In this document: piece by piece, positions 39,957-49,758 of the stretch
Position numbering within the stretch: the first letter of the stretch is position 1
Layout: every line of letters starts with the position of its first letter
Source of the DNA: Desulfosoma sp.
GTDB lineage: Bacteria; Desulfobacterota; Syntrophobacteria; Syntrophobacterales; DSM-9756
Direction of reading: 5' to 3'
Assembly (NCBI GenBank): GCA_037481835.1
Contig: JBBFKW010000007.1
Location: forward strand, 139,763-203,762
Length of the DNA stretch: 64,000 nucleotides
Program-made: the position numbers and the translations under genes
The notes under the pieces: generated by a model
Told to the model about the DNA's origin: nothing
Databases searched by the model: none
The model's input: only the letters and a program-made list of their open reading frames with translations

Positions 39957-40992
39957 GGCGAAAACCGATCACAACGAGCCGAGACAGACACGCACCATCG
40001 CTGCGGAGCGGGGTGGAGAGGTGGTGATCTACGAGGACCCCGAACGCCGCATGCGCGTGGATGTGCGGCTGGAGCAGGAGACGGTTTGGCTCAATCTCAA
40101 CCAGATGGCAGCGCTGTTCGAACGCGACAAGTCCGTTATTTCTAGGCATTTGCGCAATGTTTTTCGGGAAGGGGAGCTTGACCCAAAGGCAAGTGTTGCA
40201 AAATTTGCAACAGTTCAACGGGAAGGGAATCGTGAGGTGGTGCGGCAGGTGGAGTACTACAACCTCGACGCCATCATCTCCGTCGGCTACCGGGTGAACT
40301 CCAAGCGGGGCACACAATTCCGCATCTGGGCGACGCAGGTGCTGCGCGAGCACCTGGTGCGCGGCTATACGGTCAATGCCCGGCGCCTGCAGGAGCTGCA
40401 CCAAACCATCCGGGTGGTGGCCGGCATAACCGGACAGCGCCTGCTTTCCGGCGACAAAGCGGCAGCCCTTCTGCGGTTGGTGCGCGATTATGCCGACTCG
40501 CTGGTGCTTCTCGATGACTACGATCACGGCCGGTTGGCAGCGGTTGCGGGGCGCACGGGCCAGGCGCAGCCGCTGACGTCGGACGAGGTTCAACGGTTGA
40601 TCCGGACCCTTCGAGCCGAGCTTGGCGCCGGCGAGCTTTTTGGCCGGGAACAACACCCCGGCAGACTCGATGGCATCCTCGCCGCGGTGTTCCAGACGGC
40701 CTTTGGAAAGGATGTGTACCCGACGCTGGAGGAGAAGGCCGCCCACCTCTTGTACTTCGTGGTCAAGGATCATCCCTTTGCTGACGGGAACAAGCGCATC
40801 GGCGCGGCGCTGTTTCTGCGTTTTTTGGACAAGAACCGATTGCTCTATGCCGCCGATGGCATGCGGCGAATTTCGAATGAGACCCTCGTGGCACTGACGT
40901 TGTTGCTTGCGCAGAGCCGTGCCAAAGACAAAGAGGCGCTCACGCGGCTTGTTGTGGCTTTGCTCAACCGTCTATCGAAAGGGGAGCCATGA
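39949..40992 (+). CDS. RhuM/Fic-Doc fusion protein
   Basis: YNLDAIISVGYRVNSKRGTQFRIWA (RhuM) and HPFADGNKRIG (Fic/Doc). Confidence 0.9.
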   Translation: MARAKTDHNEPRQTRTIAAERGGEVVIYEDPERRMRVDVRLEQETVWLNLNQMAALFERDKSVISRHLRNVFREGELDPKASVAKFATVQREGNREVVRQVEYYNLDAIISVGYRVNSKRGTQFRIWATQVLREHLVRGYTVNARRLQELHQTIRVVAGITGQRLLSGDKAAALLRLVRDYADSLVLLDDYDHGRLAAVAGRTGQAQPLTSDEVQRLIRTLRAELGAGELFGREQHPGRLDGILAAVFQTAFGKDVYPTLEEKAAHLLYFVVKDHPFADGNKRIGAALFLRFLDKNRLLYAADGMRRISNETLVALTLLLAQSRAKDKEALTRLVVALLNRLSKGEP

Positions 40993-41114
40993 GACCAACC
41001 GACACCAGCGATAGCGGCCTCGAGCGCCTGATCCGCACGGCGCTCACCGGTAGCCCCTGGGACCCGGGCACGGCACCCGCCGTCGATGCCGTTGGCGACC
41101 CGCAGGTTCCCTGA
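40989..41114 (+). pseudogene. hsdR: hsdR N-terminal fragment 1
   Basis: MRPTDTSDSGLERLIRTALTGSPWDPG; close copy of the segment at 43280. Confidence 0.75.
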
Positions 41115-41235
41115 GGGGCACGGCCGCCTGAGGAGCCCCGGGGAACCGGATCCCCTGGACGAGCTGGAAGAAGATGCCGAATCGGAGAAAGCGCCGGACG
41201 ACCTCGACGAAGCCTTGGAGGAGGCCGAGACATGA
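41115..41235 (+). pseudogene. Probable second hsdS C-terminal tail fragment
   Basis: ARPPEEP/GEPDPLDELEEDAESEKAPDDLDEALEEAET* resembles the AARLPEEPEE-acidic tail ending at 39956. Confidence 0.55.
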
Positions 41236-41403
41236 AGCGCTCCTACAACCGAATGCCGGCTCCGACAGGGCATGCACACGGGTCTCATGGCGAAAACAGT
41301 TGGCGGAGTACGCGTAATTCGGTTTTATAGATGTCAGGCGCCAAACAAACTGCCTGTTACTCCCCCCGGGTGGGGGTAAAATCGGGGACATAGAGGAAAC
41401 GTC

Positions 41404-42645
41404 ATGAATGAGAGAGAAGAACAAGGGGCGATGCCACCGCGCATTGAGTACCTGAAAGTTCAAAACTTTCGCGCGCTGCGGAACGTGGAGTTCGAGAGGC
41501 TGACTCCGCTCACGGTTCTGCTGGGACCCAACGGAAGTGGGAAATCGACACTTTTCGACGTTTTTGCCTTTCTTGCAGAATGTTTCGAGAACGGACTTCG
41601 AAGGGCGTGGGATAAACGTGGGCGAGCCAAAGAGCTTCGCTCTCGGGAAGCCGAAGGCCCCATTGTTATCGAGATCAAGTACCGCGAACCTGGGTATCCC
41701 CTCATCACCTATCACCTGAGCGTGGATGAAAAGGGCGGCAGCCCGGTAGTGGTGGACGAGTGGCTGCAGTGGCGTCGTGGCTCGCATGGCAAACCGTTTC
41801 GCTTCCTCGAGTACCATGAAGGGCTGGGGCGTGCAGTGAGTGGAGAACGTCCCGACGCCGTAGACAAGCGCATCGAGATTCCTTTGAAAAGCGCGGATCT
41901 GTTGGCGGTCAATGCGCTCGGTCAATTCGCAGAACACCCGCGGGTGGCTGCGTTGCGCGATTTCATTACCGGCTGGTACGTTTCCTACTTGTCGGCAGAG
42001 AGCGCGCGGGGGCAGCCGGAGGCTGGACCTCAGGAACGGTTGTCTCGCACCGGGGACAACCTGGCCAACGTGATCCAATACCTGGCAGAGCAACACCCGG
42101 AGCGGTTGGAAAAGATCTTCGAAGTGTTGCGGCAGCGGGTTCCGCGCATCGAGAAGGTGCTGGCGGAAACCATGCCGGATGGCCGCTTGCTGCTGCAGAT
42201 CAAGGACGCTCCGTTTTCGCACCCGGTGTTCGCCCGTTTCGCGTCGGACGGCACGCTGAAAATGCTCGCCTATCTGGTGCTGCTGTACGATCCGACGCCA
42301 CCGCCGTTCATCGGAATCGAAGAACCGGAAAATTTTCTCCACCCGCGGCTCTTGCCGGAACTTGCCGAGGAATGCCGCCGGGCGACCGAACGAACGCAGT
42401 TGCTCGTGACTACGCATTCGCCGTTTTTCTTGAACGCCCTTCGGCCAAACGAAGTGTGGGTGTTGTGGCGTGACGAACGTGGTTATACGCAATCGAAGCG
42501 CGTCTCGAGCATCGAGGGAGTGGCGGAGTTCATTGATCATGGCGCATTGTTGGGGCATTTGTGGATGGAAGGGCACCTGGGGGTCGGCGACCCGCTGGTG
42601 AACGAAGGCATGCCGACTGGGCGGATGCGCGGAGGGAAGCGGTGA
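41404..42645 (+). CDS. ABC-type ATPase (AAA_15/AAA_21-like)
   Basis: [17 protein letters not shown] signature, [15 protein letters not shown]. Confidence 0.9.
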   Translation: MNEREEQGAMPPRIEYLKVQNFRALRNVEFERLTPLTVLLGPNGSGKSTLFDVFAFLAECFENGLRRAWDKRGRAKELRSREAEGPIVIEIKYREPGYPLITYHLSVDEKGGSPVVVDEWLQWRRGSHGKPFRFLEYHEGLGRAVSGERPDAVDKRIEIPLKSADLLAVNALGQFAEHPRVAALRDFITGWYVSYLSAESARGQPEAGPQERLSRTGDNLANVIQYLAEQHPERLEKIFEVLRQRVPRIEKVLAETMPDGRLLLQIKDAPFSHPVFARFASDGTLKMLAYLVLLYDPTPPPFIGIEEPENFLHPRLLPELAEECRRATERTQLLVTTHSPFFLNALRPNEVWVLWRDERGYTQSKRVSSIEGVAEFIDHGALLGHLWMEGHLGVGDPLVNEGMPTGRMRGGKR

Positions 42646-43283
42646 CGGCGAGACACCTTGAGATACTTGTGGAAGAGCCGTCCATGGAGGTATTCCTTCG
42701 CGGCCTGCTTCCCCGATTGTTGACCGACGACCGAACGTTCGATGTCCACCCGTTTCAGGGCAAGATGGACCTGATGAAGAATCTGGAGTCGCGTCTTCGG
42801 GGTTACGCGGCCTGGCTGCCCGAGGACTACCGAGTCGTGGTGGTCGTCGATCGGGATGACGACGATTGTCACGTATTGAAGCGGCGGTTGGAAGAGATCG
42901 CGTTTCAGGCCGGCCTGCAAAGCCGGACCCAATCGCGTGAATCGTGGCGGCTCGTGAACCGGATTGCCGTCGAAGAATTGGAAGCGTGGTATTTTGGTGA
43001 CTGGGAGGCGGTTGTGGGCGCCTTTCCCAAGCTCTCGCCGAACGTCCCTAACCAAAAACGCTTTCGAAATCCTGACGCCATTTCTGGGGGCACGTGGGAG
43101 GCCTTTGAGCGGCTTCTGAACGCCTGCGGATACTATAAGAGTGGTCTTCCGAAAATCGAAGTGGCTCGCACCCTTGGCCGGGTTATTGACCCCGACCGTT
43201 GCCGTTCCAAAAGCTTTCAGTGTTTCCGAGATGCCGTTCGCGACGCTGTCGAAGCACCAGCTCCCATAGGAAACGGAAGATGA
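42642..43283 (+). CDS. DUF4276-like (TOPRIM-related) protein
   Basis: [34 protein letters not shown] overlap with ATPase stop. Confidence 0.8.
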   Translation: MTARHLEILVEEPSMEVFLRGLLPRLLTDDRTFDVHPFQGKMDLMKNLESRLRGYAAWLPEDYRVVVVVDRDDDDCHVLKRRLEEIAFQAGLQSRTQSRESWRLVNRIAVEELEAWYFGDWEAVVGAFPKLSPNVPNQKRFRNPDAISGGTWEAFERLLNACGYYKSGLPKIEVARTLGRVIDPDRCRSKSFQCFRDAVRDAVEAPAPIGNGR

Positions 43284-43853
43284 ATCCCACCGACACCTCC
43301 GAACGCGGCCTCGAGCGCCTGATCTGCACGGCGCTTACCGGCAGCCCCTGCGATCCGGGCCATGGTCGTCACCAGCGGCATTGAGCGCGCGATCCAGTAC
43401 GTCCGCGCCTTCCGCGACTATCTGCGGGAGCGCAAGAGCCGGTACCAGGTGATCGTCGTGCTCGCCGACGAGGAGGGCGAGATCGAGTCGATTCCAACGG
43501 CGGGTGGCGGCCGAAAGCCGGAGCCCGAACTCGACCGTCTGTCGAACATCATCAAGAGCTTTAATGACCAGTTCGGCAATATCGAATGGACGGATCGGGA
43601 CCGGGTGCATCGGCTCATTACCGAGGAGATTCCAGCCCGTGTGGCGGCTGACACAGCCTATCGGAACGCCCTGAAGAACTCCGACAGACAAAACGCCCGC
43701 ATTGAACACGACAAAGCCCTCGTGCGGGTCATGACTGCGCTGCTTCAGGACGATACGGAACTGTTCAAGCAGTTCACCGACAACGAGGGCTTTCGTCGGT
43801 GGCTGACCGATACGGTTTTTGCGCTAACTTATGAGGACCGTATATCCGCGTAG
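43280..43853 (+). pseudogene. hsdR: Internally deleted type I restriction subunit R
   Basis: N-term [12 protein letters not shown], middle MVVTSGIERAIQY, C-term PELDRLSNII..ELFKQFTDN in ~570 nt. Confidence 0.82.
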
Positions 43854-43877
43854 GCTTTCGTGCGCAGCGGCCGGCGA

Positions 43878-44045
43878 AGTGTGCCGGAGTGTGTGTTCTG
43901 CAACGAGAGCGGCAACCCCATGGATCCGGACAATTTCCGCAAGAGGGTGTGGAAGCGGGCCATGGAAAAGTCCGGCCTGCGGCGGCGGCGCACGACCCAC
44001 GCCATGCGCCGCACGTACGCCACGTTGAGGCTCAGCAAGGGCGAT
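43878..44045 (+). pseudogene. Tyrosine integrase C-terminal fragment
   Basis: VFCNESGNPMDPDNFRKRVW...HAMRRTYAT (HxxR). Confidence 0.8.
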
Positions 44046-44069
44046 CCGCAACCTATCCGCAACCGGGAA

Positions 44070-44105
44070 CAAAAAAAGGACGCGAGCCTTTCGGCTGCGT
44101 CCTTT
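44070..44105 (-). terminator. Intrinsic terminator after tRNA
   Basis: AAGGACGC/GCGTCCTT hairpin followed by a T-run on the minus strand. Confidence 0.75.
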
Positions 44106-44111
44106 GCCTTC

Positions 44112-44188
<77 letters not shown>

Positions 44189-44278
44189 TCAACGAGCACT
44201 GTTGTATAGCCCAGGGGGCTGAGGAAGTCAAGGGGCTCGGCGTGCCGGATTGCCAAGCCGTCCGGCGCCGTTTTTTCC

Positions 44279-44875
44279 CTACAAGACCCCTTTGGAGCTG
44301 GGGACGGCGGATCGGCGCGGTTCAAGCCGCACCGCCTCGTCCAGGGCGCGGCCGAAGGCCTTGAAGACGGCCTCCAGGATATGGTGCGAGTTGGAGCCGT
44401 GCGGGACGAGGATGTGGGCCGTAATTCCGCCGTGCTGGCACAAGGCGCGAAAGAATTCGGGGGCCAGTTCCGTTTGGAACGAGCCCACTCGTTCGGTGAG
44501 GGCGGGCAGGCGCCAGACGAGGTAAGGCCGGTTGGAAAGATCCAGACTCACCTGGGCCAGGGCCTCATCCATGGGGACGAAGGCCGTGCCGTAGCGCCGG
44601 ATGCCCTTTCGGTCTCCCAAGGCTTTGGACAGGGCCTGTCCCAAGGTGATCCCCACGTCTTCCACGGTGTGGTGGCCGTCCACCGCCAGGTCGCCTTCCG
44701 CTCGAACACCGAGGTCGAACAAGCCGTGCACGGCCCACAGGGTGAGCATGTGGTCGAAAAAAGGAAGGCCTGTGTCCACCTCCGCCGTGCCCGTGCCGTC
44801 AAGAACGATCTGGACGGCGACGGCTGTCTCCCGGGTTTTGCGCTCCACCGCCGCCCGGCGTGCTCCGTTGTCCAT
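44279..44875 (-). CDS. hisB: Imidazoleglycerol-phosphate dehydratase
   Basis: RKTRET, FFDHML, DGHHTVED, NSHHILEA, PSSKGVL. Confidence 0.96.
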   Translation of the reverse strand: MDNGARRAAVERKTRETAVAVQIVLDGTGTAEVDTGLPFFDHMLTLWAVHGLFDLGVRAEGDLAVDGHHTVEDVGITLGQALSKALGDRKGIRRYGTAFVPMDEALAQVSLDLSNRPYLVWRLPALTERVGSFQTELAPEFFRALCQHGGITAHILVPHGSNSHHILEAVFKAFGRALDEAVRLEPRRSAVPSSKGVL

Positions 44876-44974
44876 ACCGACTCCTTTGGACTCTTCGTTA
44901 AAGGACAAAAAAGCGCCACTTCATACCCATGTCCTCTAAGCCCTAACAGTTGAGCACACGAGGGAGCACACTAG

Positions 44975-45073
44975 GAGGCTGTCCGAGAACTCGATTCTTG
45001 CCGATCTGAGCAACGTAAATTCAAATAGTTAGGATGCCATAAAGCACCAAAATCGGCATTCTCGGACAAGCTC
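44975..45073. mobile_element. MITE A (99 bp), flanked by CTAG
   Basis: TIRs GAGGCTGTCCGAGAA / TTCTCGGACAAGCTC; inverted homolog at 63646-63744. Confidence 0.8.
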
Positions 45074-45077
45074 CTAG

Positions 45078-45195
45078 GAGCCTGTCTGAGAACGAACCCG
45101 AAGGCCTCTTCTCCTGGGAGCGCGGGCCTCCGGCCCGCACGAGAAGCGGGCGAGACGCCCGCGCTCCCAGGAATATGCCATTCTCGGACAAGCTC
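45078..45195. mobile_element. MITE B (118 bp) with internal GC-rich palindrome
   Basis: Related TIRs; shares a CTAG with MITE A; internal CCTGGGAGCGCGGGC...GCCCGCGCTCCCAGG; homolog at 60162-60278. Confidence 0.78.
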
Positions 45196-45314
45196 CTAGG
45201 CCCACTTAGGGGCGGGCTTTACGGGCGCCCGTCTGGAGGAGCGACCCGGCCCGCCATCGTCTCGGGCAGCCATAAACGCATGATCCTGGTGCTCGAATCG
45301 TTACCGGCACACCT

Positions 45315-45448
45315 GTGAAAGGGCCCATCGCCGAGGGGTTTCTTTGTTGGAGCCCGCTTCCTGGCAAAACGGAACTCTACCACACCCGCTCCTCAAGCCG
45401 CCTCAAACCCATTGGGACTCTTCGCGTTTCGTTGCGGCTCCCTTGCAC
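45315..45448 (-). ncRNA. Candidate structured RNA of unknown class
   Basis: Closing stem GUGCAAGGG/CCCUUUCAC enclosing two stem-loops with large internal loops; G-U pairs favour the minus strand. Confidence 0.3.
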
Positions 45449-45652
45449 ATTCAATCACCCCATCCGGCTCTACTGTATAAAGGCTTCTGAAGAGCGTGTA
45501 AACCATGGGGCGATCCGGCCGGCCGCGCGGCTTGCCAGAACGGCAAGGGCGCGGTAAGGTGAAAAAAAGCGCGGGGCGGGCTTTCCCCCACGACGGCGTA
45601 AAAGGCAACCATCACCCGGAGTTTTCCGGGGCTTCCACAAGGAGGGACGATC

Positions 45653-45988
45653 ATGGCCGAAGAAAAAGTGCCGCGCTGGTACACCATCGTTCGTGAAAAA
45701 CATCCCGGCGTCATGGCCGCTTTGGACCAACTGGGTCTCGCCGTTCGTCGTGAAGGGCCGCTGGACCACAAAACGGCGCACCTGGTGCAACTGGCTGCGG
45801 CGGCGGCCATCCGCTCCGAAGGGGCGGTGCACAGCCACACGAGGCGAGCCCTCAGGGCGGGAGCGACCCGGGAGGAAATCGTCCATGCCTTGATGCTCCT
45901 CGTCAGCACCATCGGTTTTCCGTCGGTGTCCGCAGCCCTGAGCTGGGCTTACGAGGAGCTGGAAAAGCCCCCTGAAGACACTGCTTGA
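45653..45988 (+). CDS. Carboxymuconolactone decarboxylase/AhpD-family protein
   Basis: GPLDHKTAHLV..HTRRA..GATREEI. Confidence 0.85.
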   Translation: MAEEKVPRWYTIVREKHPGVMAALDQLGLAVRREGPLDHKTAHLVQLAAAAAIRSEGAVHSHTRRALRAGATREEIVHALMLLVSTIGFPSVSAALSWAYEELEKPPEDTA

Positions 45989-46152
45989 GAGCGTGAATTG
46001 TCGGGCACGGAAATCTTTCCCGGAACGTCCTTTTCGGGGGGACCCCGGCCCGCCGGGATTCCCCTGGAAGAGGGGGCGTGGCCCTTTTCGTGCTGGGGCA
46101 GGGGAGGGGTGTGCCGCGGGGACACGGGACAAGACAAGCGCGCGAAGGTGGG

Positions 46153-48081
46153 ATGGGAAAGATGAGTGAGAGCGAGTGGCGGTTTTTTAGCGATTTCGAC
46201 GTCTATTTGTGGAAGCAGGGCGCTCACTATCGATCGTGGGAAAAGATGGGGGCGCACCCGTGCCGCATGGGCGGTATGGACGGGGTGCACTTTGCCGTGT
46301 GGGCTCCCAACGCGGAAAGGGTGTCCGTCATCGGGGATTTCAACGGCTGGGACGAGACGGCCCACCCCTTGGAATGCTTCGGCGACACAGGAATCTGGAA
46401 AGGATTCGTCCCGGGGATCGGCGTGGGGACCCTCTACAAATACGCCATCACGTCCCGCGTGAACGGCTACAGGGTCCAAAAGGCCGACCCTTACGCCTTC
46501 TATTCGGAAAAACGGCCTGGCACGGCCTCCGTGGTGTGGGACCTCACCGGTTATTCGTGGGGAGACGGAGCCTGGATGAAATCCCGCAAGGCGGTCAATT
46601 CGCGCTCGGCGCCCATGGCCGTCTACGAAGTCCATCTGGGGTCCTGGATGCGCGTCCCCGAAGAAGGCAACCGCTGGCTCACCTACCGCGAACTGGCCCC
46701 GCGCCTGGCGGCCTACGTGAAGCAGATGGGCTTTACGCACGTGGAACTCCTGCCCGTGACCGAACATCCCTTCGACGGCTCCTGGGGCTACCAGACCACA
46801 GGCTACTTCGCCCCCACGAGCCGCTTCGGCACCCCTCAGGACTTCATGTTTTTCGTGGATACCCTGCACCGGGAGGGCATCGGGGTTCTCGTGGATTGGG
46901 TCCCGGCCCACTTTCCCACAGACGAACACGGTTTGGGCTATTTCGACGGAACCCATCTGTACGAACACGCCGACCCGCGCCAAGGATTCCACACGGACTG
47001 GAAATCGTTCATCTACAACTTCGGCCGGAACGAAGTCTTGAACTTCCTCATTTCCAGCGCCCTGTTCTGGCTGGATGTCTATCACATCGACGGACTTCGC
47101 GTGGACGCCGTGGCCTCCATGCTCTATCTGGACTATTCGCGCCGGGACGGAGAATGGATTCCCAACCAATACGGCGGAAACGAAAACCTGGAAGCCATCG
47201 CGTTCCTTCGCCGCTTCAACGAAATGGTCTATCGGGAACACCCGGACACCATGACCATCGCCGAGGAATCCACGGCGTGGCCCATGGTCTCCCGGCCCAC
47301 GTACCTGGGGGGGCTGGGCTTCGGGTTCAAGTGGAACATGGGCTGGATGCACGACACCCTGCTCTACATGAGCAAGGACCCCATTCACCGCAAATACCAT
47401 CACAATCTGCTGACCTTCAGCCTGCTTTATGCCTTTTCGGAAAACTTCATCCTGCCCTTTTCCCACGACGAGGTGGTCCACGGGAAGGCGTCCATGTTGG
47501 CCAAGATGCCCGGGGACTTGTGGCAAAAATTCGCCAACCTGCGCCTCCTCTACGGCTACATGTACGGCCATCCGGGAAAGAAGCTCCTGTTCATGGGCGG
47601 CGAATTCGGCCAGTGGGCCGAATGGAACCACGACGGCCAGCTGGAATGGGGTCTTTTGGAACACGAAAGCCACCGGGGCGTGCAAAAGTGGGTGCAGGAC
47701 CTCAACCGACTCCTGCGCGCCGAACCGGCTCTTTACGCCCTGGACAACGAGCCGCAGGGCTTCGAATGGATCGACTGCAACGACAGCGACCAGAGCACCC
47801 TGGTGTTTTTGCGGCGCGGGCGAAAGGAGGAAGACATCGTGGTGTGCGCCATGAATTTTACGCCTGTGCCGCGGTTTCCGTACCGGATCGGTGTGCCCTT
47901 CGGCGGGTACTGGAAAGAGCTTTTAAACAGCGACGCCGCCCTGTACGGCGGAAGCGGCTTGGGCAATTTGGGCGGCGTCAAAGCCGAAGCCGTTCCCTAT
48001 CACGGAAGGCCTTATTCCCTGAGCATCACTTTGCCCCCCTTGGCGGCGGTGTTCTTCAAGCCGGACGAAATTTCCCTTTGA
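46153..48081 (+). CDS. glgB: 1,4-alpha-glucan branching enzyme
   Basis: [34 protein letters not shown]. Confidence 0.96.
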   Translation: MGKMSESEWRFFSDFDVYLWKQGAHYRSWEKMGAHPCRMGGMDGVHFAVWAPNAERVSVIGDFNGWDETAHPLECFGDTGIWKGFVPGIGVGTLYKYAITSRVNGYRVQKADPYAFYSEKRPGTASVVWDLTGYSWGDGAWMKSRKAVNSRSAPMAVYEVHLGSWMRVPEEGNRWLTYRELAPRLAAYVKQMGFTHVELLPVTEHPFDGSWGYQTTGYFAPTSRFGTPQDFMFFVDTLHREGIGVLVDWVPAHFPTDEHGLGYFDGTHLYEHADPRQGFHTDWKSFIYNFGRNEVLNFLISSALFWLDVYHIDGLRVDAVASMLYLDYSRRDGEWIPNQYGGNENLEAIAFLRRFNEMVYREHPDTMTIAEESTAWPMVSRPTYLGGLGFGFKWNMGWMHDTLLYMSKDPIHRKYHHNLLTFSLLYAFSENFILPFSHDEVVHGKASMLAKMPGDLWQKFANLRLLYGYMYGHPGKKLLFMGGEFGQWAEWNHDGQLEWGLLEHESHRGVQKWVQDLNRLLRAEPALYALDNEPQGFEWIDCNDSDQSTLVFLRRGRKEEDIVVCAMNFTPVPRFPYRIGVPFGGYWKELLNSDAALYGGSGLGNLGGVKAEAVPYHGRPYSLSITLPPLAAVFFKPDEISL

Positions 48082-48116
48082 CTTTGAGAAGTCCGACCGT
48101 TTAACATGCGATCGTT

Positions 48117-48134
48117 TTGTGCAATCATTCACGA
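48117..48134. promoter_or_regulatory. Rex-like operator upstream of TauE gene
   Basis: TTGTGCAATCATTCACGA vs TTGTGAA-N4-TTCACAA (2 mismatches). Confidence 0.5.
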
Positions 48135-48170
48135 TAGTCGCACATCTCAAGAGCGTACGGGGGGTATGGC

Positions 48171-49133
48171 ATGGTGAGAGGGCTGCGAGAAAGGGTTGGT
48201 GCGTGCTTATGGGCCGCCTTGGCGGCAGTGGTGGCGAGCCCTGGGTGGGCGTTGGCCGCCGAAGCCCAAGCCGCGGTTCCGGAAGTCAACAAGCCCTGGT
48301 GGTTTTGGCCGCTCATTCTTTTGTTTTTTTGTTTCGTTTTGGGCATCATCGCCGTCCTGGCCGGGGTCGGCGGCGGGGTGCTCTATGTGCCGCTCGTGAG
48401 CGGCTTTTTCCCCTTTCACTTGGACTTCGTCCGGGGAGCCGGGCTGCTGGTGGCTCTGGCTGGCGCGTTGGCGGCGGGTCCGGGGCTACTGCGCCGCAAT
48501 TTGGCGAACCTGCGTTTGGCCCTTCCCGTGGCCCTTATCGCATCAACGTGCGCCATCGGCGGGGCGTTTCTGGGGTTGGCCCTTCCCACCAACGTGGTCC
48601 AAATTTGCTTGGGGGCCACTATCATTTTCATTGCCCTGTTACTCGCCACATCCAAGAACGTGGAGCGCCCGCAGGTCAAAGCCCAGGACGCCATCGGGCA
48701 GGCCTTGGGCATGAGCGGCGTCTACTATGAAGAATCGTCGCGGGAAGTGGTGGAATGGAAGACCCACCGCACCCTTCCCGGGCTCATTCTTTTCATCGTC
48801 ATCGGGGTCATGGCGGGCATGTTCGGTCTGGGTGCCGGATGGGCCAACGTCCCGGTCCTCAACCTGCTCATGGGCGCTCCCCTCAAAGTGGCCGTGGGCA
48901 CCAGCAAGTTCCTCCTTTCCATTACGGACACCTCCGCCGCCTGGGTCTACCTCAACAAGGGCTGCGTCATCCCGCTCATGGCCATCCCCTCCATCGTAGG
49001 CCTCATGCTGGGATCCTTCGTCGGGGTGCGCATCCTGGCCGTGGCCAAACCCAAAATTATCCGCTACCTGGTCATCGGGGTGTTGCTCTTTTCAGGGATT
49101 AAAGCGCTCCTGAAAGGCCTCGGCATCGGCTAG
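48171..49133 (+). CDS. TauE/SafE (TSUP) family transporter
   Basis: GVGGGVLYVP and GLGAGWANVP internal repeats; multi-TM. Confidence 0.88.
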   Translation: MVRGLRERVGACLWAALAAVVASPGWALAAEAQAAVPEVNKPWWFWPLILLFFCFVLGIIAVLAGVGGGVLYVPLVSGFFPFHLDFVRGAGLLVALAGALAAGPGLLRRNLANLRLALPVALIASTCAIGGAFLGLALPTNVVQICLGATIIFIALLLATSKNVERPQVKAQDAIGQALGMSGVYYEESSREVVEWKTHRTLPGLILFIVIGVMAGMFGLGAGWANVPVLNLLMGAPLKVAVGTSKFLLSITDTSAAWVYLNKGCVIPLMAIPSIVGLMLGSFVGVRILAVAKPKIIRYLVIGVLLFSGIKALLKGLGIG

Positions 49134-49186
49134 CGAGCCGAAAGGCGCAAGGGGGTAGGTTTCCATTCGACACAGGGAGGTTCACA

Positions 49187-49609
49187 ATGGCCACAAGAGA
49201 AAGCGCCAAGGCGTCCCCCGAGCAGATGCTCTATGCGGACCTTTTGTTTTACGGGTGTTGGGCCAGTATTTTCATTATGGTCATCACGTACGCGGTTTAT
49301 GTTTCGGGATTGATTTCCCCGCACATTCCCTTGGAGAAATTGCCGCATTTGTGGCGGCTTCCCGTCAAGGATTTCCTCCATGAAGCCAACGCCCCCCACG
49401 GATGGGGCTGGGCGCTCCTTTTGGGCAAAGGCGATTACCTGAACTTCCTGGGGATCGCTCTTTTGGGCGCCATGACCATCATCGGGTTCCTCACGCTCAT
49501 CCCGGCCTATGTCCGCAAGAAAGACTGGCTGTTTTTCATCATCGTCGTTCTGGAAGTCCTGGCGTTGCTGCTCGCGGCATCGGGCATTCTCGGAACGGGC
49601 GGCCATTAG
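49187..49609 (+). CDS. DUF1634-like membrane protein
   Basis: Three TM segments; GDYLNFLGIALL; directly follows TauE gene. Confidence 0.7.
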   Translation: MATRESAKASPEQMLYADLLFYGCWASIFIMVITYAVYVSGLISPHIPLEKLPHLWRLPVKDFLHEANAPHGWGWALLLGKGDYLNFLGIALLGAMTIIGFLTLIPAYVRKKDWLFFIIVVLEVLALLLAASGILGTGGH

Positions 49610-49758
49610 GCCGCGCTTCGCTCTGACGGAGCGGCGGTTCGGCATAGGGACCGTATCCCCATTGAAACGGGGGGCGCCATGGGGGTCTGGATTGTTTTCT
49701 TGAGGCTCGAGCAGTATGGTTAGAGTGATAATCAAGGATCGATCCGGCGGAGAGAGGA

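Larger units (their letters stand above)
37358..44111. mobile_element. Decayed genomic/defence island at the tRNA-fMet 3' end
   Basis: Integrase remnant beside tRNA 3' end; TA, AbiE and R-M relics; left boundary uncertain, no att duplicate seen. Confidence 0.65.

Noticed and set aside
44971..45199. CRISPR-like array suggested by repeated TCGGACAAGCTCCTAGG
   Set aside because: Units are bounded by inverted repeats, internal segments are too long and recur elsewhere, and no cas genes are present; better explained as tandem MITEs
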